A stretch of DNA of 64,000 bases from a virus. Lineage: Duplodnaviria > Caudoviricetes. The first letter of the stretch is position 1. Each line of letters starts with the position of its first letter. The stretch is taken from the IMG/VR virus record IMGVR_UViG_3300022555_000004; one strand, given 5' to 3'. The position numbers and the translations under genes were made by a program. Under the pieces are notes generated by a model. That model had not been told where the DNA came from, searched no databases, and was given only the letters and a program-made list of their open reading frames with translations. This document shows positions 48,575-57,046 of this stretch, in pieces.

Positions 48575-48816
48575 TATGTCAACAATCTTTCTTTTATTTC
48601 ACGAACCTTTTCAACTGTTACATTTTGTATAGTCCATGAAATATTTCGTCCTGTAATAAACCATGCTCCGACTCTATAGGCATAAAACAACATATCATCA
48701 ATTATTCGTACATCGCCTTGTTTTACGCCACGTTCATAACTTCTTATGATTGACCCTAGACCACCCATCCATTCATATTTTCTACCGTCAATTGTTACAA
48801 CGATTTTATCTGACAT
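48574..48816 (-). CDS. Hypothetical protein
   Basis: ORF with RBS. Confidence 0.55.
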   Translation of the reverse strand: MSDKIVVTIDGRKYEWMGGLGSIIRSYERGVKQGDVRIIDDMLFYAYRVGAWFITGRNISWTIQNVTVEKVREIKERLLT

Positions 48817-48846
48817 TTTATTTTCCTTTCTAACAGATTTTTAAAT

Positions 48847-48923
48847 TGGCAGGCCTTGTAGGTTATGCTCCCACTACTTTTGTTTTGGAGACAAATGTGA
48901 TAATCTGATTTCACCAAAGACCC
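48847..48923 (-). tRNA. tRNA-Trp(CCA)
   Basis: Loop CT-CCA-AA; atypical T-loop AGCATAA; CCA end. Confidence 0.8.
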
Positions 48924-48932
48924 ATATTTTAT

Positions 48933-49005
48933 TGGAGCCCCTATTCGGATACGAGCCGAATCCTTCCATTTTACGAGAATGGTGCTCTCACTAAGCTATA
49001 GAGGC
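48933..49005 (-). tRNA. tRNA-Thr(CGU)
   Basis: Loop CT-CGT-AA; CCA end. Confidence 0.8.
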
Positions 49006-49015
49006 AGTATATTTT

Positions 49016-49089
49016 TGGATCTTGTGGGTAACGATCCCACCGATTTCACATTGCAAGTGTGATGACCGCCCCGTGCAGTCCCAAGACCC
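49016..49089 (-). tRNA. tRNA-Ala(UGC)
   Basis: Loop CT-TGC-AA; G3:U70 pair. Confidence 0.85.
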
Positions 49090-49092
49090 TTA

Positions 49093-49284
49093 TTATTTTA
49101 CTATTTTTCTTATAAATCGTTCTGTTATTCTGTATGCAAAAGAACAAATAGCAACACCAACACATATCAAAACTATGATAACTGCAAAAATTCCTGTTAA
49201 ACAACCGATTAACAGGAATATACTTAGTAATACTATGTATATGAATGGATGTTCTAATAGTTTTATTTTATATTCCTTTTTCAT
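49093..49284 (-). CDS. Small membrane protein
   Basis: Hydrophobic core. Confidence 0.55.
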   Translation of the reverse strand: MKKEYKIKLLEHPFIYIVLLSIFLLIGCLTGIFAVIIVLICVGVAICSFAYRITERFIRKIVK

Positions 49285-49994
49285 ACAATTTCCTTATACA
49301 TATTTTTTTTACTATTTTTTTTACTATTTTTTCTGCCTTTGAACCACCCTTGTTTCAAATAATAATCAAGGTCGCTTTTTATGATTTTTTTATTTTCAAT
49401 GATGTTATATATCCAACATGTTCCGAATTGTGAATTTTTTTGCCCTTCATGTAATCCTGTATGTTTTTCACTCATTTTTCTCTTAGTTTCTTCTGAATGA
49501 CGTTTGCCTTTAAAAACATTCCCTGCGATTTCACTTCTTTTTTGTTTTATATCAGGAGAACCATTATGCGCCCATGATTCTAATCGTTTGTCTATTCCCA
49601 ACATACTAATTATTGATTTATAATTTTCACCATATTTTTCTTTCAATTTTATATCAGCGGTTATTCTTCCTTTTTTACATCGTTCAATATGATCTTTTGA
49701 ACCATCGTTTAAATAATCCCAACCACCTTCGTCACCTCGTTTGAGATTATACGTATTACCGGACTTCAAATATTCGTCTGTAACCAATTCTGATTCTTTG
49801 TCATCCATGTCCTTTTTGTTATCAAACACATGAAGAACCGTTTTCTCAAAACAATCTTTGCCATACTTGTTTATGGCACGTTTCAAATATTTTCCTGAAC
49901 CTAAGTAATTATCATAGATATTGTCTGTTTGATGTTTACCTATATATATTTTACCGTTCGCCTTGTTTCTAACTTCATATACGATATAGTTCAT
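49281..49994 (-). CDS. Seg-like GIY-YIG homing endonuclease inside the tRNA cluster
   Basis: YIVYEVRNKANGKIYIGKHQT, YLGSG, YNL; TATAAATA at 50014..50021. Confidence 0.88.
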   Translation of the reverse strand: MNYIVYEVRNKANGKIYIGKHQTDNIYDNYLGSGKYLKRAINKYGKDCFEKTVLHVFDNKKDMDDKESELVTDEYLKSGNTYNLKRGDEGGWDYLNDGSKDHIERCKKGRITADIKLKEKYGENYKSIISMLGIDKRLESWAHNGSPDIKQKRSEIAGNVFKGKRHSEETKRKMSEKHTGLHEGQKNSQFGTCWIYNIIENKKIIKSDLDYYLKQGWFKGRKNSKKNSKKNMYKEIV

Positions 49995-50048
49995 AATTTT
50001 TATCTCCTATATCTATTTATATAAAATTAAAAATTTGTAAATGAAATG

Positions 50049-50119
50049 AGCGGAAAATAGGATTTGAACCTATACAAACTGCCGGGTAGGCAGTCATGCT
50101 ACTTTTACATCATTTCCGC
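50049..50119 (-). tRNA. tRNA-Gly-like with ACC anticodon
   Basis: GCGGAAA/TTTCCGC, U73; stem ACTGC/GCAGT with loop CTACCCG. Confidence 0.7.
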
Positions 50120-50131
50120 TTATGTTTAGCG

Positions 50132-50203
50132 AGCGGGATAGGGGAATTGCACCCCTGATTTCCACGTTGGCGACGTAGTTCCATGCTACTTGGATAATCC
50201 CGC
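50132..50203 (-). tRNA. tRNA-Gly(GCC)
   Basis: Loop TC-GCC-AA; U73. Confidence 0.8.
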
Positions 50204-50211
50204 ATATGTTC

Positions 50212-50287
50212 TGGCAATAACGAGCAGATTTGAACTGCCATAATCTTGATTGACAATCAAGTGCACTTGCCATTGTGCTACGTTACC
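50212..50287 (-). tRNA. tRNA-Asp(GUC)
   Basis: Loop TT-GTC-AA; GCCA end. Confidence 0.85.
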
Positions 50288-50293
50288 ATGTTT

Positions 50294-50419
50294 TGGCGGC
50301 GTGTTCGCTCTATCAGTAAGAGATCGATCGATTTTTTCACTCCATCATGTATTGTAAGTCTATCTTTATAAGCGCTATTTTGATTCCTCTGCTTTACACA
50401 ACTTCCCTGAAAACACACC
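50294..50419 (-). ncRNA. 126-nt tRNA-like element
   Basis: GGTGTGTT/AACACGCC stem plus GCCA end; spaced like a tRNA within the array. Confidence 0.45.
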
Positions 50420-50431
50420 ATATTATATTTT

Positions 50432-50506
50432 TGGAGCCCAATACCCGATTTGAACGGGTGTCTCAACTTTACAAGAGTCATATTCTGCCAACTAAACTAA
50501 TCGGGC
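50432..50506 (-). tRNA. tRNA-Thr(UGU)
   Basis: Loop CT-TGT-AA; CCA end. Confidence 0.85.
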
Positions 50507-50565
50507 GTATAATTATTCCTTACTTCTGTTCTTATACTACACTATTTATAATAGTTTGTCAAGTA

Positions 50566-50880
50566 TTATTTTTTTGTTGTTGCTTTGGCTGCCTTTCTTG
50601 CCTTAGCTGCTTTCTTAGACGCCTTCAAAGGATTCAGTTTCTTTTCATCCTTCTGAACAATAACGATCTTGACGGTACATAATGGGCATCGACCATCAAT
50701 CCATTTTGCTTCCGGTTTCATATATGCCCTGCAATATGTAATGTTATCATAAACATCAACATTTTTACATCCTTCGCATTTATCAATAACCGGACTACAA
50801 AAACCGTCTGGAAAATTACATTTTCCATTTTGCATAAACGGACAACGAACGCCCTTTCTGATTGTATCACATTTTTTCAT
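50566..50880 (-). CDS. PxxKW-family Cys-rich protein
   Basis: VIDKCEGC...YCRAYMKPEAKW...CPL; LNPLKASK. Confidence 0.8.
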   Translation of the reverse strand: MKKCDTIRKGVRCPFMQNGKCNFPDGFCSPVIDKCEGCKNVDVYDNITYCRAYMKPEAKWIDGRCPLCTVKIVIVQKDEKKLNPLKASKKAAKARKAAKATTKK

Positions 50881-50909
50881 TTCATATTTCTCCTAATGAA
50901 ACAGATGAC

Positions 50910-51368
50910 TTATTTATCAATTTTTTTATATAATTCATCTAAACCCTTACAAAAATCATCGTTCATTCTTGTAATATCTCTGTCTAATGTGTCATATGAA
51001 TCATCCATTTTATCGTTCAAATTATTCTCAACTAATTCAAGTTGACGATGTATTGCATCAGCATTATCATTGATTTGACGATTTAATATATCAACATTAT
51101 CATTGATTTTACGATTTAATATATCAATATCATCATTGATTTTACGATAAACTTTTTCATCATTCGACTCAATTTGAGTATACATGTCATAAATTCGTCT
51201 GCCAATATCGGTATTATCATTAGCAATATCAGTGCGCATTTGCTGTATCTGTTCTTTCAATTTGGTTATTTTATTGAATAGTTTATAGATACCAAGTATC
51301 GCAAACACAATAAACACCAACACAACCATTACAAAACCTAAACCTAACATAAATTCATACATTTTCAA
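50910..51368 (-). CDS. TM-anchored coiled-coil protein with 11-aa (33-bp) repeats
   Basis: KINDDIDILNR / KINDNVDILNR / QINDNADAIHR. Confidence 0.65.
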   Translation of the reverse strand: MKMYEFMLGLGFVMVVLVFIVFAILGIYKLFNKITKLKEQIQQMRTDIANDNTDIGRRIYDMYTQIESNDEKVYRKINDDIDILNRKINDNVDILNRQINDNADAIHRQLELVENNLNDKMDDSYDTLDRDITRMNDDFCKGLDELYKKIDK

Positions 51369-51391
51369 ATCCTCCTATACATTTTATTTTT

Positions 51392-51465
51392 TGGAGCAGA
51401 TAGCCGGACTCGCACCGGCCTCTTTGGCTTGGAAGGCCAAGGCACAACTTCTATACCATACCTGC
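51392..51465 (-). tRNA. tRNA-Gly(UCC)
   Basis: Loop CT-TCC-AA; TCCA end. Confidence 0.85.
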
Positions 51466-51472
51466 ATATTTC

Positions 51473-51547
51473 TGGTAGGACGTAGTGGAATCGAACCACT
51501 TCGTTATAGGGTGTAAACCTATCGCTTTCCCATTGAGCTAACATCCC
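51473..51547 (-). tRNA. tRNA-Val(UAC)
   Basis: Loop TT-TAC-AC; canonical T-arm. Confidence 0.9.
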
Positions 51548-51556
51548 ATATATTTT

Positions 51557-51636
51557 TGGTACGCCTGGAGGGAGTTGAACTCTCATGTTTCCAGTTAACC
51601 TTTCAATTCGTTCGTAGCGAAAGGGTATACAGGCGC
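51557..51636 (-). tRNA. Non-canonical tRNA-Arg(ACG) lacking a D-arm
   Basis: Acceptor GCGCCTG/CAGGCGT, loop CT-ACG-AA, long variable region, CCA end. Confidence 0.65.
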
Positions 51637-51753
51637 ATATTTATTATTTTAACCACATCCACCATTTGTTCATTTGATCTCGGTTCTCACTCAATCGAAA
51701 CCATAACAATAATTGTATTTTATATCAATCTACCACTGAAATATGGCGGAATA

Positions 51754-51981
51754 TTATTCGTCTTCATCCTCTGGATAACCGTCTTTCATAACTGATAATT
51801 CATCAATTCGATCTGTAACCATATCAAGTAATTGTTCAATATATTCAATTATTTCTGGTGTAATAATTTCTGTGTCAATATCTTTGAGAAATTTATCAAC
51901 ATCCTTTTCTGAATATAGGTCATACAAATTTTCTAAGATTGTATCCTCAACAACCCCTCTCACATTTTCAACAAAATCCAT
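51754..51981 (-). CDS. Acidic hypothetical protein
   Basis: ORF with GGAGG RBS. Confidence 0.6.
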   Translation of the reverse strand: MDFVENVRGVVEDTILENLYDLYSEKDVDKFLKDIDTEIITPEIIEYIEQLLDMVTDRIDELSVMKDGYPEDEDE

Positions 51982-52010
51982 TATTATCCCTCCAACATTA
52001 TTTTATATTT

Positions 52011-52085
52011 TGGCAGCCGTGTTTTGAATCGAACAAAATTCTCTTGGGTCAAAGCCAAGCATAATAGCCATTATACGACACAGCC
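52011..52085 (-). tRNA. tRNA-Gln(UUG)
   Basis: Loop CT-TTG-AC. Confidence 0.85.
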
Positions 52086-52091
52086 TTATTT

Positions 52092-52167
52092 TGGTGCTGC
52101 TTCAGGGAGTTGCACCCCATTCTCATGTTCTTCAAACATACGCTATCACTGGACTAGCTCAAGCAGC
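52092..52167 (-). tRNA. tRNA-Phe(GAA)
   Basis: Loop TT-GAA-GA. Confidence 0.85.
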
Positions 52168-52176
52168 ATATATTTT

Positions 52177-52252
52177 TGGCACCCCTAGTAGGACTCGAAC
52201 CTACATATGAACTGTTTAGAAGACAGTTGCCTATCCATTAGGCTATAGGGGC
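52177..52252 (-). tRNA. tRNA-Arg(UCU)
   Basis: Loop CT-TCT-AA; canonical cloverleaf. Confidence 0.92.
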
Positions 52253-52258
52253 ATATTT

Positions 52259-52492
52259 TTAAAATATAGAATCATCCAATTCAATTATGAAAACAGGCGA
52301 CACTGTAAACCCATATGCTCGTAACTGACTGACTTGTAACAATTCTAAATCTATTTTGACACTTTTATCTGATCGCATATTATCACATATATCTTTTGTT
52401 TCTCTAAGACCCCATCCTGTAACGGCCCGCATGTCTTTTATGGATTGAATAAAGATATGGTCAATATCATTTTTTGATATATTATATAACAT
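52259..52492 (-). CDS. Ribosomal protein L7/L12 C-terminal-domain-like protein
   Basis: IQSIKDMRAVTGWGLRETKDICD. Confidence 0.6.
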   Translation of the reverse strand: MLYNISKNDIDHIFIQSIKDMRAVTGWGLRETKDICDNMRSDKSVKIDLELLQVSQLRAYGFTVSPVFIIELDDSIF

Positions 52493-52493
52493 A

Positions 52494-52817
52494 TTACTTT
52501 CCCATATATTTAGTTGATGTCCAAAATCTTTTAGCACTTTTCATTGCTTGTTCTATGTTTCTGCGACCAACCGGATTTGATGAATGAACATCCCAAGTCA
52601 TCGGTTCAATATCACCATCATGCGCCCATTTTTCAATGACACGAGCAATGTCATATCCTGTGTCCATACCATTGTTACTTTCAGAACCTAAATCATGGTC
52701 AAATGAAATATGGGTAATTTTTTCAGTGTTCAAAATAGTAATTGCATCATCATATGATTTAGCCCAAACATCATAATCATGAGGCATTTTCCTTATGTCA
52801 TCAATCCAAAGTTTCAC
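52494..52817 (-). CDS. Cyclic-phosphate-processing receiver domain protein
   Basis: KLWIDDIR, ISFDHDLG, TGYD, VHSSNPVG. Confidence 0.8.
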   Translation of the reverse strand: MKLWIDDIRKMPHDYDVWAKSYDDAITILNTEKITHISFDHDLGSESNNGMDTGYDIARVIEKWAHDGDIEPMTWDVHSSNPVGRRNIEQAMKSAKRFWTSTKYMGK

Positions 52818-52849
52818 TTTTATCCTTTTTTATTTATACTATCATATTT

Positions 52850-53965
52850 TTAAGGAATAGTCAATACGTCTTTTATTTTATTTATAACCATTTCAGGTGT
52901 TATGTTCAATGAACATTCTGGAACATCAATCCAATTTGGCGCCCAATCAACTCTATGTTTTTTATCACAAGAACCACTTTCTTGTTTTTTCCAAGTGTAA
53001 CAACCGAAACACGTTCCTTCCGTGTGATTATATACAAAATGTAATGGAAAATCTGTATCCATCCATGTATTAGTTGAAATACATATTGTAGGTGTGTTTG
53101 TTGCTGTACCTACACATATTGCTGCCGTTGCGGCGCCGACCATACAATCGGCATATTTGATGTATCTAGCCATTTCAGAAATAGATAATCCGGTTCTATC
53201 AATAATACCATCACCGACAAGATTTGTCGGTTCATTGGAAATAGGTATAACCTTATACCCATTTTCCATAAGGAAATTGGCAACCGTTTGCCATCCCATT
53301 GGATACAACCAATTCTTTTCAAAATTTGACAAACCATATTCAGTCAGACAAACATATTTACCATCAACATCTGGCCGTGTATCATCATAATCAATTCTCA
53401 ATTGTTGTGGTTGATATTTCAATCCAAGACATTGCAACACTGCTTGTTGTGGTGTTGTATATCGTGGATATTTACCATCCCAAAATACAGAATCATATAT
53501 TTGTAATGAAGGTTCATAAACAGCATACACACCTTCATTTATAAGTTTTGCATATTCCGTTGTAAAAAATATGTTAGGATATGATTTACACACTGCATTT
53601 ATATATTCTATCCGTGAACACTGAACAATCAATCGACAGTTATGTTTTACTCTAAACATTTCAAAAACTGGCATCCAACATAGAAAATCGCCAAGTGTTG
53701 TATATGGATACGCAATAATAACACGTTGACCTGATAGGTCTAACGTATGTTGCCATAAAATAGAATTATCTAAAGTTGTTATCTTGATATACCATTTTAT
53801 AAACTGTTTTTGATCGGCAGAAGCCCATGTACTAGGAGTAAGAGTTGTTTCATATCGAACACCATTTGTATCCAAATCAATAAACTGAACCTTTACAGGT
53901 GGATCATCTTTAGTACCAATATATTCTAAACACGCTCCTAAATGAAAATTATACCTGAATTTCAC
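52850..53965 (-). CDS. GT9-like glycosyltransferase resembling autotransporter heptosyltransferases
   Basis: FIKWYIKI, TLGD..CW.P....FR.KHNC, KNW....WQ.V. Confidence 0.7.
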   Translation of the reverse strand: MKFRYNFHLGACLEYIGTKDDPPVKVQFIDLDTNGVRYETTLTPSTWASADQKQFIKWYIKITTLDNSILWQHTLDLSGQRVIIAYPYTTLGDFLCWMPVFEMFRVKHNCRLIVQCSRIEYINAVCKSYPNIFFTTEYAKLINEGVYAVYEPSLQIYDSVFWDGKYPRYTTPQQAVLQCLGLKYQPQQLRIDYDDTRPDVDGKYVCLTEYGLSNFEKNWLYPMGWQTVANFLMENGYKVIPISNEPTNLVGDGIIDRTGLSISEMARYIKYADCMVGAATAAICVGTATNTPTICISTNTWMDTDFPLHFVYNHTEGTCFGCYTWKKQESGSCDKKHRVDWAPNWIDVPECSLNITPEMVINKIKDVLTIP

Positions 53966-53975
53966 TACTTCACCG

Positions 53976-54239
53976 TTATTCGATACCCAAATATTTTAAT
54001 AATTGTTTTCCTAAAAATTTTCTTCGTGCTAATGTAACACGGTCATTGGTATGCCGTAATGCTTTATGTGATTCGACAAGCAATTCCAATAAAATTTCAT
54101 CGGGATATTTGTCATCACCGATACCTAACGACCTAATATATTTTCTAACCAATAACATTTTCATCATCCTTCCAATCATCGTTTTCATTACACATTTTAC
54201 ACATATCCCACAATAACGACATTTCAAATCCAATTTCAT
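53976..54239 (-). CDS. Hypothetical protein (start uncertain)
   Basis: ORF. Confidence 0.45.
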   Translation of the reverse strand: MKLDLKCRYCGICVKCVMKTMIGRMMKMLLVRKYIRSLGIGDDKYPDEILLELLVESHKALRHTNDRVTLARRKFLGKQLLKYLGIE

Positions 54240-54513
54240 CAGCTGTCATAGGAACATCATAATCAGGATGGTCTTTTGGATGCGTAAGAATATATGTATC
54301 TTCGTGATTTATTTCAATATCACCCTTACCTAGATACAAACAATAACCATAATTCTGATCATTGACTTCTTTATCATCAATTTCTTTTCTGTTTTTCCAA
54401 TATGGGCATTTACCAATTACTTCAAGGCGCCCGTTATCTTTCATTTTTAGTGATTCATAACAATACATTCCTTTTGGTATTAACGATTTATCCATACTGT
54501 TCCTTTCTATCAA
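54145..54513 (-). CDS. Cys-rich hypothetical protein
   Basis: IPKGMYCY, CPYW, GYCLYL, LLWDMCKMC. Confidence 0.6.
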   Translation of the reverse strand: MIERNSMDKSLIPKGMYCYESLKMKDNGRLEVIGKCPYWKNRKEIDDKEVNDQNYGYCLYLGKGDIEINHEDTYILTHPKDHPDYDVPMTADEIGFEMSLLWDMCKMCNENDDWKDDENVIG

Positions 54514-54514
54514 T

Positions 54515-55213
54515 TTAAAATAATTTAACTATACGACAAATAGTTGATTTTGCCACATTTAGTTGTTTTCTTATTTCATGTTGTTTCATACCATTGTCTA
54601 TCATTTGTTTTACGAGATTGATATCAACAGGTTTTGATGTTTTTCGTATTTCTTTAGTGTAAATCATATCCTTATTTTTTTCAAACTTTTCAATATCTAC
54701 ATGTTGTAATTGATGACAATTTGAACATAGAACCGAACATTTATTTAATTCATTTTTTATACTTTTTTCAATATCATCAATGGTATCCCATCGTTTTATA
54801 TTAGTTACATCGCCAATGTTAAATAATTTATCATCTTTATGATGAAATTCCAACGCCTTGTTGCATTTATTATATCCGCATATTTCGCATTTAAAAATAT
54901 CTTTAAATATCAGACAGATTATTTTATTTGTTCTGTCACGATTTTGTATTTCATAATTATAATGTTCTTCTATATGACAGTTTCCACATAATAATATACA
55001 TTTTTTGGCTTCTTTTTTTATGTTAGATAAACTCAAAGAAAATCTAATTCCGTGTGTGCCCATTTTGGTATCTTTGTCATTTTTATTGACATGATGAAAT
55101 TCTAATAGGTGAATATTTGTTTCACCACAAACGGTGCATTTTCCACCAAGTTCGTTAATTACTTCAATCCTTTTTACCCATCTATTAATATATTCATTTT
55201 CACGTTTTGTCAT
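54515..55213 (-). CDS. Double-HNH endonuclease with C-terminal HTH
   Basis: Two LEFHH...CxLLCxNCH units. Confidence 0.85.
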   Translation of the reverse strand: MTKRENEYINRWVKRIEVINELGGKCTVCGETNIHLLEFHHVNKNDKDTKMGTHGIRFSLSLSNIKKEAKKCILLCGNCHIEEHYNYEIQNRDRTNKIICLIFKDIFKCEICGYNKCNKALEFHHKDDKLFNIGDVTNIKRWDTIDDIEKSIKNELNKCSVLCSNCHQLQHVDIEKFEKNKDMIYTKEIRKTSKPVDINLVKQMIDNGMKQHEIRKQLNVAKSTICRIVKLF

Positions 55214-55290
55214 AAGTTCAAATCCTCTAATAATATTATTTATTAAAATGCTTGAACTTTGTATTCATTAGTTATGATAATATTATAAAA

Positions 55291-55380
55291 TGCGGAAGAA
55301 CGGGGAATCGAACCCCGACTGCTGTTTAGACAGTTTTGTTTAGCAAACAAACGTAACAAACCAATATTTACCTTTCTTCC
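55291..55380 (-). tRNA. tRNA-Ser(GCU)
   Basis: Loop TT-GCT-AA; long variable arm; G73. Confidence 0.88.
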
Positions 55381-55386
55381 ATATTT

Positions 55387-55475
55387 TGGCGGCAGGAACA
55401 GGTTTCGCACCTGCATCCGTGATTAGCGGCGACACTTTTCAAGAGTGCTTGGCCCTCTATACTGCCCATCCTGCC
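55387..55475 (-). tRNA. tRNA-Ser(UGA)
   Basis: Loop CT-TGA-AA; long variable arm; GCCA end. Confidence 0.85.
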
Positions 55476-55740
55476 ATATATTTTATACTTCACGATAATT
55501 GAAAACTAATCCTTCCCCTCTAAGGAATTTGCTATATTGCCTTGCGGGGCCCAAATCAATGTGTGAAGTCGTTTTCTTTCCATGTTTGCTCTGTATCTTG
55601 TTAGGCAAACCGATTTTTGTATATTTGTCCATAAATTCAGCATTTCCTAATGCTCTCTCTCTTTCAACGTTACAACTTTTGCCTTAACTGCCTTAGCAGG
55701 TGCTTGGATAATTCTTTCCATTATTTATATTTCCTTTCAA

Positions 55741-55935
55741 TTATTCTGTCATGTGTTCAACAACTTTTGTGATAATACCCACAACCAATGCCACTGGAAG
55801 ATAAATCCAGAACAAAAACATCATCAATTCAGTAGCTTGTACCCTAACTAAAATTTGATAAAGTAAATAAAACCAAATAGGCATAGTTACTAAAAATCCT
55901 AAGATAGAGCTAACCACTTTCAATTTATTTTTCAT
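55741..55935 (-). CDS. Small two-TM membrane protein
   Basis: Hydrophobic. Confidence 0.6.
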   Translation of the reverse strand: MKNKLKVVSSILGFLVTMPIWFYLLYQILVRVQATELMMFLFWIYLPVALVVGIITKVVEHMTE

Positions 55936-55995
55936 ACGCTTCCTTTCATCTTTTTATAATATACCAGACTTTTCATATTTTGTCAAATAAAATAT

Positions 55996-56070
55996 TGGTA
56001 GGGATGGCCGGACTTGCACCGGCACTGTACACGGTTTAAGCGTGTTGACTCTGCATTGGCCTACATCCCC
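55996..56070 (-). tRNA. tRNA-Leu(UAA), short variable arm
   Basis: Loop CT-TAA-AC; ACCA end. Confidence 0.8.
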
Positions 56071-56078
56071 ATTTATTT

Positions 56079-56156
56079 TGGTAGCCGAAGAAGGATTTGC
56101 ACCTTCAAAAATCTTAATTTTGAGTTAAGAATGTCTGCTAGTTGCATCATTCGGCC
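56079..56156 (-). tRNA. tRNA-Leu(CAA), short variable arm
   Basis: Loop CT-CAA-AA; ACCA end. Confidence 0.75.
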
Positions 56157-56304
56157 TTATATTCAATCAATTTCGGTTGTTCATTATACTCAGCATTACA
56201 AACCATTGATATTCTTTGTAATAATTTGTAATAATCGTCCGGTTTCAATTGTTTTTTCAACTCATGTATATGTAGTATAATTTTCTTAATTTGTAAATCA
56301 ATCA

Positions 56305-57036
56305 TTATACCTCGGAACCCGCCGGCAACGCTTTGTCAAACAGGGTATCTAAATCCAATTCAACCAATTCTGCCGTTCCATCCTCAATAGATTTCATTTG
56401 TTCGTTCATTTCGTTCATTTCTCTATCACGATCTTCTGGTGTGCCAACAAAGGAAAGTTCCCAAATAATACTACGAATAAAATCATATAAATTCAAATAG
56501 CCCTGTTCCATACCATTGTAAGTTTTTTCGTCAATAATTTTATATTTGTCAAATGTTGTAATTCTAGTCACATCTGGCTCAATGATTAGTGGAACATCAA
56601 GTAATTTGCCCAATGGTGTAAATTCAATAGCATACCGAACAACCCCTTTTTCATCAGAACCAACACCATCAAATTCAATGTAATTATCGTATTCAGTTAC
56701 TTTTCCGTTTGTATCTAATTCAATGTTATTTATTCGTCCTACACAAAGATGTGTCAGTCCACAAATACATTCATCTGTTTTTGTTTGATAATATTCATCA
56801 ATAAAAAATGGGAAAAAGTTATCAAGACGGATAAAGTCAGGATTATTTATAATCATAAGAAAATAATCTCTCAATTTATATCCAACTTCTAATTCAATAA
56901 TATTATACTGTAATGCGTGAAAAATATTATTGGTAACAATAGGGGCAATAACAATCACACCACTATCAGTTTTGTCATCATATACCCATTTTCTAGTATA
57001 TATTTTACCACCTTTTTTTAAAATTAATCCATCCAT
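56305..57036 (-). CDS. Hypothetical protein
   Basis: 243-aa ORF. Confidence 0.65.
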   Translation of the reverse strand: MDGLILKKGGKIYTRKWVYDDKTDSGVIVIAPIVTNNIFHALQYNIIELEVGYKLRDYFLMIINNPDFIRLDNFFPFFIDEYYQTKTDECICGLTHLCVGRINNIELDTNGKVTEYDNYIEFDGVGSDEKGVVRYAIEFTPLGKLLDVPLIIEPDVTRITTFDKYKIIDEKTYNGMEQGYLNLYDFIRSIIWELSFVGTPEDRDREMNEMNEQMKSIEDGTAELVELDLDTLFDKALPAGSEV

Positions 57037-57046
57037 ATTTTACCCC

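Noticed and set aside
49311-49332. Short TTTTTTTTAC-type repeat
   Set aside because: It simply encodes the KNSKKNSKK basic tail of the endonuclease.
50278-50682. ORFs overlapping the tRNA cluster (50278..50481, 50347..50682, 51365..51586, 51556..51795, 56014..56280)
   Set aside because: They lie over clear tRNA genes and are likely spurious.
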